The notes below the pieces were generated by a model. It was not told the DNA's origin and ran no database searches. It saw only the letters and a list, made by a program, of their open reading frames with translations. Below, in pieces: positions 1 through 7,266 of a stretch of DNA of 41,272 nucleotides; the stretch's first letter is position 1; every line of letters begins with the position of its first letter. The position numbers were made by a program, and so were the translations under genes. The DNA is from Bifidobacterium breve (lineage in GTDB: Bacteria > Actinomycetota > Actinomycetes > S36-B12), in contig CAMBQX010000001.1 of NCBI GenBank assembly GCA_945870085.1, forward strand, positions 1 to 41,272, written 5' to 3'.

Positions 1-195
1 CCAGATGCGCGCATGCGCGGCGCTTTAATTACCGCGTACTTAGCCGGGGTGGCTGCGACACGATCGATATTGAACGTGGAGCCACTTGCTTCAGCCACTG
101 ACGAGCTTGTAGTGGCACTTGTTGCACCCACTATCCAACGACTACTCGACCCAACACAGCCACTTGCTGCCAAGGATGCAGCCGGGCAGCCATAA
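1..195 (+). CDS. TetR/AcrR-family regulator, C-terminal fragment (5' end outside window)
   Basis: Frame 1 is open from base 1 to TAA 193-195. The tail ALITAYLAGVAATRSILNVEPLASATDELVVALVAPTIQRLL resembles ligand-domain C-termini of actinobacterial TetR regulators. This is pattern recognition only; the HTH part is not in the window. Confidence 0.4.
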   Translation, partial: PDARMRGALITAYLAGVAATRSILNVEPLASATDELVVALVAPTIQRLLDPTQPLAAKDAAGQP

Positions 196-198
196 GGT
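193..198 (+). promoter_or_regulatory. candidate -10 box TAAGGT (TANNNT) 6 nt upstream of GTG 205
   Basis: The hexamer fits the actinobacterial -10 pattern TANNNT. A 6-nt spacer (catcgg) separates it from the GTG start, and there is no good SD in between, which is the geometry of leaderless transcripts. It overlaps the stop codon of the upstream gene. Confidence 0.2.
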
Positions 199-204
199 CA
201 TCGG

Positions 205-1113
205 GTGCCAATAGTTCGCAGTATCTTCGAGCAGATTGCCAAGAACGATGCCCTCGGGGCGTTCATAGCAGGTACGCCGGTTGGCCGCGAGTTCGTGCAC
301 CGGGTTGCCGGGGGTGAGCAAGTTGAAGATGTAATTGAAGCAGCACAACAGTTGGCCGACTCTGGACGTCTTATTAGTTTGGAGCGTGCGGTCCGCGGCG
401 ACATCGAAGAGTCAGAGAGCGCCTTGGTCTTTGCCGACTACGCAATGGCCGTGAGCGCGCTAGCTTCAACATCCTTATCTCGCATCTCCGAGGTGGCAAT
501 TCTCCCGGAGTTCATACTTGGTGGACGTTCTAGGGTCGAGCCGTTGAGAGAATTATGCTCGCAGGCGCAGGCCAGTCAAGTAGGTGTGATGATCGGGATG
601 GGCCCCGATGATTTGGTTGATGAGACAATTGACCTAGTAGGTGGATTACGCTCAGATGGCTTCGACGTTGGAGTGACGTTGCAGTCAGTGCTAAGACGTA
701 CCGAAATAGATTGCGAAACCTTCGGGGGTCGGGTGCGCCTTGTTAAAGGGGCACATAGCTCTGGCTCACTTGATCGATTCGGCCAGGCGATAGAAGCGGA
801 CAAGTCGTATATCCGCTGCGCCAAAGCCCTGTTGAGAGCAAATGCTGAATCTGGTTTTGCCACCCATGACCCCCGCCTGATTGAGATCATCCAGACGGTC
901 GCTGCTCGGCTTCATCATGAAAAAGGCAGTTACGAGTTCGCCATGTATTACGGCCGCAGTTCGGGGTTGCAGCAGCGATTGGTCGACGCGGGTGAGGCGG
1001 TTCGGGTATATATCCCGTTCGGCCCGCAGTGGTTCGGCCGCCTCGTGGGAGGCTTGGCCGAAAGACCGACCGGTTTACTCCCGGCGATCAGGTCGCTGCT
1101 GCCAGGTGCCTGA
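205..1113 (+). CDS. proline dehydrogenase (PRODH TIM-barrel) family protein, divergent, Rv0499-like
   Basis: 302-aa ORF with a GTG start. It carries PRODH-like C-terminal motifs: VRLVKGAH, GFATHD, YEFAMYYGR and VRVYIPFGPQWFGRLVGGLAERP. It lies directly upstream of proC, as in mycobacteria (from memory). Confidence 0.7.
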   Translation: MPIVRSIFEQIAKNDALGAFIAGTPVGREFVHRVAGGEQVEDVIEAAQQLADSGRLISLERAVRGDIEESESALVFADYAMAVSALASTSLSRISEVAILPEFILGGRSRVEPLRELCSQAQASQVGVMIGMGPDDLVDETIDLVGGLRSDGFDVGVTLQSVLRRTEIDCETFGGRVRLVKGAHSSGSLDRFGQAIEADKSYIRCAKALLRANAESGFATHDPRLIEIIQTVAARLHHEKGSYEFAMYYGRSSGLQQRLVDAGEAVRVYIPFGPQWFGRLVGGLAERPTGLLPAIRSLLPGA

Positions 1114-1138
1114 TAACCGTTTATCGAAAGGAAATGAC

Positions 1139-1936
1139 GTGACACGAATCGCGGTCCTTGGCGGCGGGGTGATGGGCGAGGCGCTAATCGTCGGCCTACA
1201 GCACCAAATGAACCCTTCTCCGATTATCGTGGTGGCCGAAAAACGAGGGGATCGGTCGGCTGAGCTAATTGACCGGTTTGGGGTGACGATTGCGGCTCCG
1301 GCTGACGCCGTAATCGGAGCCGACGTGGTAATCATCGTGGTTAAGCCGCAGGACATCCGCGCGGTAGTAAATGAGATTGCAACTGGCGTGGCCGACGGTG
1401 CCTTGGTTATTTCCATCGCTGCCGGCATCACGACTTCTTCAATTGAAGAAGTAATCCCGCAAGCTAATGTGGTGCGGGCGATGCCAAATACGCCAGCGCG
1501 AATTGAACTTGGGGTCACCGGGATTAGCGCAGGCGCTAATTGCGCTGCATCGGCAGCGACTCAAGCTGCGGGGTTACTTGCATCAGTTGGTACCGTCATT
1601 TTGGTGCCCGAAGATTTACAAGATGCAATAACCGCAGTCTCCGGCAGTGGCCCGGCATATGTTTTCTTTTTAGCAGAGGCCCTGATTGCTGGTGCGCTGG
1701 AGGTGGGGCTAAGTGCGAAAGATGCTCGAACCGCGGTGGTGCACACCCTGCTCGGAGCAGCCCACCTACTTGAGGTAAGCCCCGAAGAACCAGCGGTGCT
1801 GCGCGGCAAGGTCACCTCACCCGGTGGCACCACAGCGGCGGCGATCGCGGTGTTGCAAGAGCACGACGTCCTCGACACTTTCGTATCGGCGATCAAAGCC
1901 GCAAGGGATCGAAGCCAGGACTTAGCTAAATCTTGA
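1139..1936 (+). CDS. proC: pyrroline-5-carboxylate reductase
   Basis: GTG 1139 is preceded by AAGGA at 1128-1132 (6-nt spacer). The protein has a Rossmann N-terminus (IAVLGGGVMGEAL) and the P5CR C-terminal signature VTSPGGTTAAAI. The 351-aa track ORF (881-) is an upstream over-extension overlapping the previous gene. Confidence 0.9.
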   Translation: MTRIAVLGGGVMGEALIVGLQHQMNPSPIIVVAEKRGDRSAELIDRFGVTIAAPADAVIGADVVIIVVKPQDIRAVVNEIATGVADGALVISIAAGITTSSIEEVIPQANVVRAMPNTPARIELGVTGISAGANCAASAATQAAGLLASVGTVILVPEDLQDAITAVSGSGPAYVFFLAEALIAGALEVGLSAKDARTAVVHTLLGAAHLLEVSPEEPAVLRGKVTSPGGTTAAAIAVLQEHDVLDTFVSAIKAARDRSQDLAKS

Positions 1937-2085
1937 GTCGACTGTTAGCGGTTGTCAGGTGCATCGCGGTCGGTGGCGGAGGCTAGTAGTGGCGAGATCA
2001 CGCGTCGTGGGCCCGGCCCCAGCAAATTGACAAAGCCAGCGGCCACCGAGTCAATCCGCAGGTTGAACTCTCAAAGGGGGTCCAA

Positions 2086-2166
2086 ATGGCGGATTGGGGC
2101 ACCCTGCGGCCCAATTATTTAGCAATTTGGCAAACCACCTTTCCCTGTGGCCCCGGGTGCCACTAG
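2086..2166 (+). CDS. candidate 26-codon small ORF (MADWGTLRPNYLAIWQTTFPCGPGCH)
   Basis: ATG 2086 lies 5 nt downstream of a strong SD, AAGGGGG (2074-2080); the stop is TAG 2164-2166. It sits in the 298-nt gap between proC and the HTH gene. It is below the ORF-track size cut-off and I recognise no homology. Confidence 0.25.
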   Translation: MADWGTLRPNYLAIWQTTFPCGPGCH

Positions 2167-2234
2167 TGTTCGTTTTCTGATCACGCATCGGCAGGGGAGC
2201 CGAAGCGGACTGCCTGCAGAAAGTTCGGTGCAAA

Positions 2235-2441
2235 ATGAATAACAACGTCGAGCGCGGCTTTGCCGAGGTTCGCTTCCTGACAGTTGCCGAGGTTGCCTCG
2301 GTAATGCGGGTTTCAAAGATGACCGTTTATCGATTGGTGCACGGCGGTGAGCTCCCCGCGGTCCGCGTTGGCCGCTCCTTCCGGGTGCCAGAGCAGGCCG
2401 TCCACGACTACCTTCGGGACTCCTTTGTGGAGACCGCCTGA
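2235..2441 (+). CDS. excisionase-family (Xis/MerR-like) helix-turn-helix DNA-binding protein, Rv0500A-like
   Basis: 68 aa with the motif LTVAEVASVMRVSKMTVYRLVHGGELPAVRVGRSFRVPEQAV, typical of the excisionase-type wHTH. Its position between proC and bS22 is conserved in Actinobacteria (from memory). Confidence 0.85.
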   Translation: MNNNVERGFAEVRFLTVAEVASVMRVSKMTVYRLVHGGELPAVRVGRSFRVPEQAVHDYLRDSFVETA

Positions 2442-2471
2442 GGCCCCAGATAGGCTGCATGTTGCTAGTGG

Positions 2472-2501
2472 GCGTTCCTGGGCTTCCTGAACGCATTTTT
2501 T
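2472..2501 (+). terminator. weak intrinsic-terminator-like hairpin plus T6 tract
   Basis: GCGTTC (2472-2477) pairs with GAACGC (2489-2494) across an 11-nt loop, followed by A then TTTTTT (2496-2501). It lies between the HTH gene and the bS22 gene. The stem is only 6 bp. Confidence 0.35.
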
Positions 2502-2525
2502 GAAAGACGAACGCGAGGATTTTTC

Positions 2526-2624
2526 ATGGGCTCAGTGATAAAGAAGCGCCGCAAGCGGATGGCAAAGAAGAAGCACCGCAAACTGCTGCGCCGTACCCGA
2601 GTTCAGCGCCGCAACAAGGGCTAG
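2526..2624 (+). CDS. 30S ribosomal protein bS22 (actinobacterial, Rv0500B type)
   Basis: Not in the ORF track (<60 aa). ATG 2526 has GAGGA (2515-2519) 6 nt upstream. The 32 codons read [32 protein letters not shown], ending at TAG 2622-2624. The extremely basic peptide and its genomic position match bS22. Confidence 0.9.
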   Translation: MGSVIKKRRKRMAKKKHRKLLRRTRVQRRNKG

Positions 2625-2673
2625 TCAGGCCCGGGTAACAAGTCACCGCGATCAGCAAGCTAGGGGGTCGGTC

Positions 2674-3633
2674 ATGGGGCGCGTGGTCCTAGTCACCGGT
2701 GTCTCGCGTTACCTCGGTGGGCAAATTGCCCGAATCCTCACTAAGGATCCGAATATTGATCAGGTCATCGGCGTTGACGTAGTGCCGCCGAAAGTGAAGT
2801 TGTCGCAGATGCAGTTCGTCCGCGCCGATATCCGAAACCCAGTTATTGCCAAGGTCCTTGGCGAGGCCGGTGTCGACACCGTGGTCCACATGGGGGTGAT
2901 TGCTACCCCGAGGCAGGCCGGTGGTCGGGCGAATATGAAAGAAATCAACGTCATCGGCACGATGCAGCTACTTGCGGCCTGTCAGCGAACCCCTAGTGTC
3001 AAGGCATTAGTTGTTAAGTCGTCAGCTTCGGTTTACGGAAGCGGACCAAAAGACCCAGCGATGTTCACCGAAGAAATGCAACCTCGGCATACCCCACGGT
3101 CAGGGTGGGCGAAAGACTCGGTTGAGGTCGAGGGATACGTACGCGGCTTTGCGCGGCGGCGGCCAGATGTAGCTGTGACCACTTTGCGGTTCGCTAACAT
3201 GATCGGCCCTGGTATCGATACGGCGATGACAACTTACTTTTCCCTACCCGTGATACCCACGGTGTTGGGTTTTGATGCTCGGTTGCAATTCATTCACGAA
3301 GATGACGGCCTTGAGTTCGTTAAGCGTGCCGTATTGGGTAGTTATGCCGGGACTTTCAATGTCTCCGGCAGCGGCATTTTGATGCTGTCTCAGGCGATCC
3401 GTCGAACCGGTCACAAACGCGTTTCGCTTCCGGAGTTTTTGTTCATGCCGTTTGGTCGCAGCATTAGCAGCGCTGGTTTAATTGATTTCACCATCGAACA
3501 GGTGCGCTACTTGACTTTCGGCAGGGTACTTGACACCTCCCTCGCCCAAACTACTTTTGGGCATACTCCATTGTATTCAACTCCGCAAGCATTCGAGAGT
3601 TTTCTAGCTCGACGCGAGGTGTCAGTTGCCTGA
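2674..3633 (+). CDS. NAD-dependent epimerase/dehydratase family protein (GalE2/Rv0501-like)
   Basis: ATG 2674 follows AGGGGG. The N-terminal Rossmann motif is VLVTGVSRYLGGQIA. 319 aa; synteny with the downstream acyltransferase. Confidence 0.8.
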   Translation: MGRVVLVTGVSRYLGGQIARILTKDPNIDQVIGVDVVPPKVKLSQMQFVRADIRNPVIAKVLGEAGVDTVVHMGVIATPRQAGGRANMKEINVIGTMQLLAACQRTPSVKALVVKSSASVYGSGPKDPAMFTEEMQPRHTPRSGWAKDSVEVEGYVRGFARRRPDVAVTTLRFANMIGPGIDTAMTTYFSLPVIPTVLGFDARLQFIHEDDGLEFVKRAVLGSYAGTFNVSGSGILMLSQAIRRTGHKRVSLPEFLFMPFGRSISSAGLIDFTIEQVRYLTFGRVLDTSLAQTTFGHTPLYSTPQAFESFLARREVSVA

Positions 3634-4537
3634 CGCAAAAATAATTCCGATTCACGGAGACGACCCGGTCGTTCCGCGCCTTGTTGCAGACCTTGAGCCA
3701 GATGCAATGGCACGAATGATGGAGTTCTGGGAATTCGTGCAGCGGAGGCTAGCCGGAGATTATTCAGTTGATGATTTTGGTTTTGATCCGGAGTTCAACG
3801 ACAAGGTATTGATGGCCTTGGCGCGTCCGCTCTACAAGTCTTGGTTTCGCGTTGAAGCCTCTGGCCTAGAAAATGTGCCCGAAGAAACCGGGGCACTGGT
3901 GGTGGCGAATCATTCCGGTGTCATCGCCTTTGATGCGGTTATGACTCAGTTGGCACTCCTAGATGAGCATCCCGCCCACCGCCATCTGCGCATGCTCGGA
4001 TCAGACCTAGTGTTCCAGAGCCCGTTTCTAGGTGAGATCGCCCGAAAGGCGGGTCACACCTTGGCCTGCCATCCCGATGCGGAGCGCCTCTTAAGTGATG
4101 GCGAGATTGTGGGAGTTTGGCCGGAGGGCTATAAGGGCATTGGTAAACCATTTGCTGAACGCTACAAACTGCAGCGTTTCGGCCGCGGTGGTTTCGTGGC
4201 AGCGGCACTTCGAACGAAAACCCCAATTATTCCGACCGCCATTGTGGGCGCCGAGGAAACGTACCCGATGATCGCGAATGCGACCGTAGTTGCTCGACTA
4301 CTTGGTTTGCCGTACTTCCCGATTACGCCGACTTTCCCACTACTTGGCCCACTTGGATTGATCCCACTGCCGAGTAAGTGGTTCATTCACTTCGGTGAAC
4401 CAATTCACACCGACCAATTTCCAGAAAATGCTGCGGATGACCCGATGCTGGTATTTGACTTGACCGATCAGGTGCGTGAGCAAATTCAGCAGACTCTTTA
4501 TCGGCTCTTAATGCAGCGGACCTCGGTGTTCGGCTAG
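3626..4537 (+). CDS. lysophospholipid/glycerol-3-phosphate acyltransferase family protein (Rv0502-like)
   Basis: PlsC-superfamily blocks are present: VVANHSGVIAFDAV, VGVWPEGYKG and PIIPTAIVGAEE. The TTG 3626 start overlaps the epimerase stop by 8 nt. The start is uncertain; the next in-frame ATG is at 3707. Confidence 0.75.
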   Translation: MPDAKIIPIHGDDPVVPRLVADLEPDAMARMMEFWEFVQRRLAGDYSVDDFGFDPEFNDKVLMALARPLYKSWFRVEASGLENVPEETGALVVANHSGVIAFDAVMTQLALLDEHPAHRHLRMLGSDLVFQSPFLGEIARKAGHTLACHPDAERLLSDGEIVGVWPEGYKGIGKPFAERYKLQRFGRGGFVAAALRTKTPIIPTAIVGAEETYPMIANATVVARLLGLPYFPITPTFPLLGPLGLIPLPSKWFIHFGEPIHTDQFPENAADDPMLVFDLTDQVREQIQQTLYRLLMQRTSVFG

Positions 4538-5430
4538 CGCTTGCGACGGCCTATTGCGTAGCCGATGGCCAAGCCGAGCGCAATGCCACTTGCCGCTGAC
4601 AAACTTGGTGTGGAGTACTCCTTGAGTTGCGCGCGCCGGCGAAAATCCCGTATCACCCAATTATTTTCGCGAGCATGTGCCCGCAGGGTTGAGTCAGGAT
4701 TAACCGCGACGGGATTGCCCACGGCTGAAAGCATTGGAATGTCATTTGATGAATCCGAGTAAGCGGAGCAGGCGCTGAGGTCTAGGCCTTCGCGGGCTGC
4801 GAGAGATCTGACGGCTTCAGCTTTTGCCAGGCCGTGCAGCGGGGGCCCGTTGAGCCGGCCGGTGTATATCCCGTTCTTGACTTCCGAAACCGTGCCGAGT
4901 GCGCCGGTAAGGCCTAAGCGTCGCGCCACCATGGTTGCTAGTTCAACCGGGGTCGCGGTTACGAGCCAGACTTGCTGCCCAGCATCAAGATGGGCTTGGG
5001 CTAGCGCCAGGGATCCGGCGATGAGTTTGTCGACCATGCTCTCGTTGAAGATCGTTTCACCGAAAGCATTAAGTTCTTCAACACTTCGTCCTTGCACGAA
5101 AGAGAGCGCGGCCTCGGTAACCGAAGCTATATCTTCGAGATCCTCGGATCCGCTGACCACAAACTTAATTTGCTTGACAGCGAAGCCAGCGATCTCCGGC
5201 ATCGTGAAATATTTGCGTTTAGCTAAGCCGACGGCAATGTGAAACACACTCGCGCCGCGGATGATTGTGTTGTCGAGGTCGAAGAATGCAGCGCTGTGGG
5301 CATGCTCGTGCGGGCTAGACGACTCCGTGCCCGCTTTTGCCGAAGCCTGGCCGGCGCGGCGATAGGCCGAGAGCACATCGAGGTTTCCGGTTTGGGTCGT
5401 GGGCGCTGCGGGCGAATCCGGTGCCGTCAT
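4534..5430 (-). CDS. HAD-IB family hydrolase (SerB-like phosphatase) with C-terminal membrane anchor
   Basis: The protein has HAD motif I (FFDLDNTIIRG) and a later DSSNDIPML. The C-terminal hydrophobic stretch SAASGIALGLAIGYAIG is followed by RRKR. I prefer ATG 5430 (MTAPDSP...) because the longer track ORF would run across the divergent fadD-type gene's SD and start. Confidence 0.8.
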   Translation of the reverse strand: MTAPDSPAAPTTQTGNLDVLSAYRRAGQASAKAGTESSSPHEHAHSAAFFDLDNTIIRGASVFHIAVGLAKRKYFTMPEIAGFAVKQIKFVVSGSEDLEDIASVTEAALSFVQGRSVEELNAFGETIFNESMVDKLIAGSLALAQAHLDAGQQVWLVTATPVELATMVARRLGLTGALGTVSEVKNGIYTGRLNGPPLHGLAKAEAVRSLAAREGLDLSACSAYSDSSNDIPMLSAVGNPVAVNPDSTLRAHARENNWVIRDFRRRAQLKEYSTPSLSAASGIALGLAIGYAIGRRKR

Positions 5431-5436
5431 AGGCTG

Positions 5437-5442
5437 AGCGTA
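5437..5442 (-). promoter_or_regulatory. candidate -10 box TACGCT 6 nt upstream of ATG 5430 (minus strand)
   Basis: The minus strand reads TACGCT-cagcct-ATG, with no SD. This is a TANNNT box at leaderless spacing. Confidence 0.3.
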
Positions 5443-5486
5443 CCTAGGGGAGCGGCTCCTGCACAGGTCTGGAGGGAGGAGTTGGG

Positions 5487-7010
5487 ATGACACCGAACTC
5501 CAACGTGGCTGAATTTGTCCGAAATTCGGCACGCAATTACCCAACCCAAGTTGCCGTCATTGATTCAGATCGGACCTTGACTTGGGCAGAACTTGATGCG
5601 CAGATTGATGCATTCGCGTGCGGTCTAATACAGCGCGGTTTGCACGCGGGTGAACGGGTAGCTGGTCTTCTTGGTAACTCAGCTGATTTTGTCGTTGCAT
5701 ATTTCGGTATCTTGCGCGCCGGCCTTGTTGCTGTTCCGCTCAACCCCGCATACACGGCGCCGGAGATCGCCCTACTAATAGCTGATTCGGGTGCGCGTCT
5801 TTTGCTTGTAGACGAAGGCACGGCGGCTACCGCCAACGCGGCAACGGCGTCACTTGCGGCCTGCGAAGTAATCGTCTTAGGAAGCAAACCCTGGCTTGAA
5901 ATCCTGGAAACAGGTTCGCAACTGGTGCTCGCCGAGCAAGTCACCCCTACAAATGCTCTTGCACTCCTGCTTTTTACCGCAGGCACCAGTGGGCGCCCTA
6001 AGGGGGCAATGCTCACTCATGGCGCCCTACGTGCGAATGTCGAGATGATTAAGTCATTGCAGGACCCACCCGCGGTGCAGCATAGTGATGTAGTACTGCT
6101 CGTACTTCCAATGTTCCACGTCTACGGGCTAAATGCCGCACTTGGCCTAGCGGCCTCGGCCGGGGCAACTTGCGTAGTACTAGATCGCTTTGATCCGGTC
6201 GGCAGCCTTGAGGTCATCACCAAGCACGGGGTCACTACCGTGGCTGGTGTCCCCGGGATGTATCTGGCCTGGTCTCAGATACCCGGCGCCCGCGAAGCAC
6301 TTGCTGGTGTTCGACTATTCACCTGCGGGGGTTCGCCGTTGCCACCGCGAGTATTCGAAGAGTTTGCCGCGGCCACCGGCCAGGAAATTTTTGAAGGCTA
6401 TGGCATGACCGAAACCGCACCGGTTGTCGCGACAACTTTGGTCTCGGGCGTGCCCAAGCCCGGTTCAGTCGGTCGGCCATTGCCCGGAGTGCAGGTGCGT
6501 TTGGTAAACGATGAAGGTTCTGACTCTGGATCCGACGCGGAAGAAGGGGATCCGGGTGAGATGTGGGTTCGAGGTTCATCGGTGTTTAGTGGCTATTGGC
6601 CGGATGGGGTTGGTGGGTCCGACGCTGACGGTTGGTTCCGTTCCGGTGACATCGCATTCTTTGACGCGGATGGTGACCTACACATTGTTGATCGCCGGCG
6701 TGAAGTGATTTTGGTTAGTGGTTTCAATGTTTATCCACGCGAAATCGAAGTTACCATTGATTCGATGGAGGCTGTAGCTGAAGTTGCCGTGATCGGAGTG
6801 CCTGATGACGCGACAGGCGAGGCAGTTACGGCGCTCGTGGTTGCAGTGCCGGGTAATGCACTTTCGATAGCAGATGTTGCTGCGTACTGCGCCGAGCGGC
6901 TGGCGCGCTTTAAATGTCCATCGGTGATTCGAGTAGTTGATGCGCTTCCACACTCGGCAACCGGCAGGGTGGCTAAAGGCCGACTTCGTGAGGTTTATGG
7001 AGATGAGTGA
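5487..7010 (+). CDS. AMP-dependent synthetase / long-chain fatty acid-CoA ligase
   Basis: ATG 5487 follows GGAGGGAGGAG. The adenylate-forming signature is LLFTAGTSGRPKGAMLTH, with later GYGMTETAP, SGDIAFFDADGDLHIVDR and a C-terminal GRVAKGRL. 507 aa. Confidence 0.88.
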   Translation: MTPNSNVAEFVRNSARNYPTQVAVIDSDRTLTWAELDAQIDAFACGLIQRGLHAGERVAGLLGNSADFVVAYFGILRAGLVAVPLNPAYTAPEIALLIADSGARLLLVDEGTAATANAATASLAACEVIVLGSKPWLEILETGSQLVLAEQVTPTNALALLLFTAGTSGRPKGAMLTHGALRANVEMIKSLQDPPAVQHSDVVLLVLPMFHVYGLNAALGLAASAGATCVVLDRFDPVGSLEVITKHGVTTVAGVPGMYLAWSQIPGAREALAGVRLFTCGGSPLPPRVFEEFAAATGQEIFEGYGMTETAPVVATTLVSGVPKPGSVGRPLPGVQVRLVNDEGSDSGSDAEEGDPGEMWVRGSSVFSGYWPDGVGGSDADGWFRSGDIAFFDADGDLHIVDRRREVILVSGFNVYPREIEVTIDSMEAVAEVAVIGVPDDATGEAVTALVVAVPGNALSIADVAAYCAERLARFKCPSVIRVVDALPHSATGRVAKGRLREVYGDE

Positions 7011-7031
7011 CAAGCGCGCACTTGACCATTC

Positions 7032-7265
7032 ATGAACGTCACAATTGTCGGCAAGCCGGGCTGTCACCTATGTGATGAGGCCCGGGCAATCGTTGAGCAG
7101 GTGTGCGCGGAGACCGGTGCTACCTGGGATGAAGTCTCAGTGCTGGAGGATATTTCCCTCTTTGATTCTTATTGGGAGAAGATCCCGGTGTTGCTCATTG
7201 ATGGGGAGGTTCACGATTTCTGGAGAGTGGATCCGGAAAGGTTACGTAAAGCCTTATCCCGATAA
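7032..7265 (+). CDS. glutaredoxin-like protein (DUF836 family, Rv0508-like)
   Basis: 77 aa with a thioredoxin-fold N-terminus (VTIVGKPGCHLCDEA, a CxxC motif) and IPVLLIDGE. Its position upstream of the rex/hem locus is conserved. Confidence 0.8.
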   Translation: MNVTIVGKPGCHLCDEARAIVEQVCAETGATWDEVSVLEDISLFDSYWEKIPVLLIDGEVHDFWRVDPERLRKALSR

Positions 7266-7266
7266 T

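Noticed and set aside
881-1138. N-terminal extensions of track ORFs: proC from 881, menB from 16856, nuoB from 23434, nuoE from 26034, HAD from 5544, PLDc_N from 14646
   Set aside because: The extensions overlap the preceding gene or run antisense through a neighbour, and they translate to non-protein-like sequence. They precede internal starts that have an SD or -10 signal and reproduce the N-termini of known orthologues (e.g. NuoB MGLEE, NuoA MNVY).
2027-2056. Sigma-70-type promoter TTGACA-N18-TCAATC upstream of the sORF
   Set aside because: The -35 hexamer is perfect, but the -10 candidate lacks the invariant A2 and T6 positions (TANNNT), and no better hexamer lies at 16-19 nt spacing.
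5449-5459. Palindrome GGAGC-G-GCTCC in the divergent HAD/fadD-type intergenic region as an operator
   Set aside because: The arms are only 5 bp and such a match is expected by chance in GC-rich DNA. It also overlaps the purine-rich SD region of the ligase gene.
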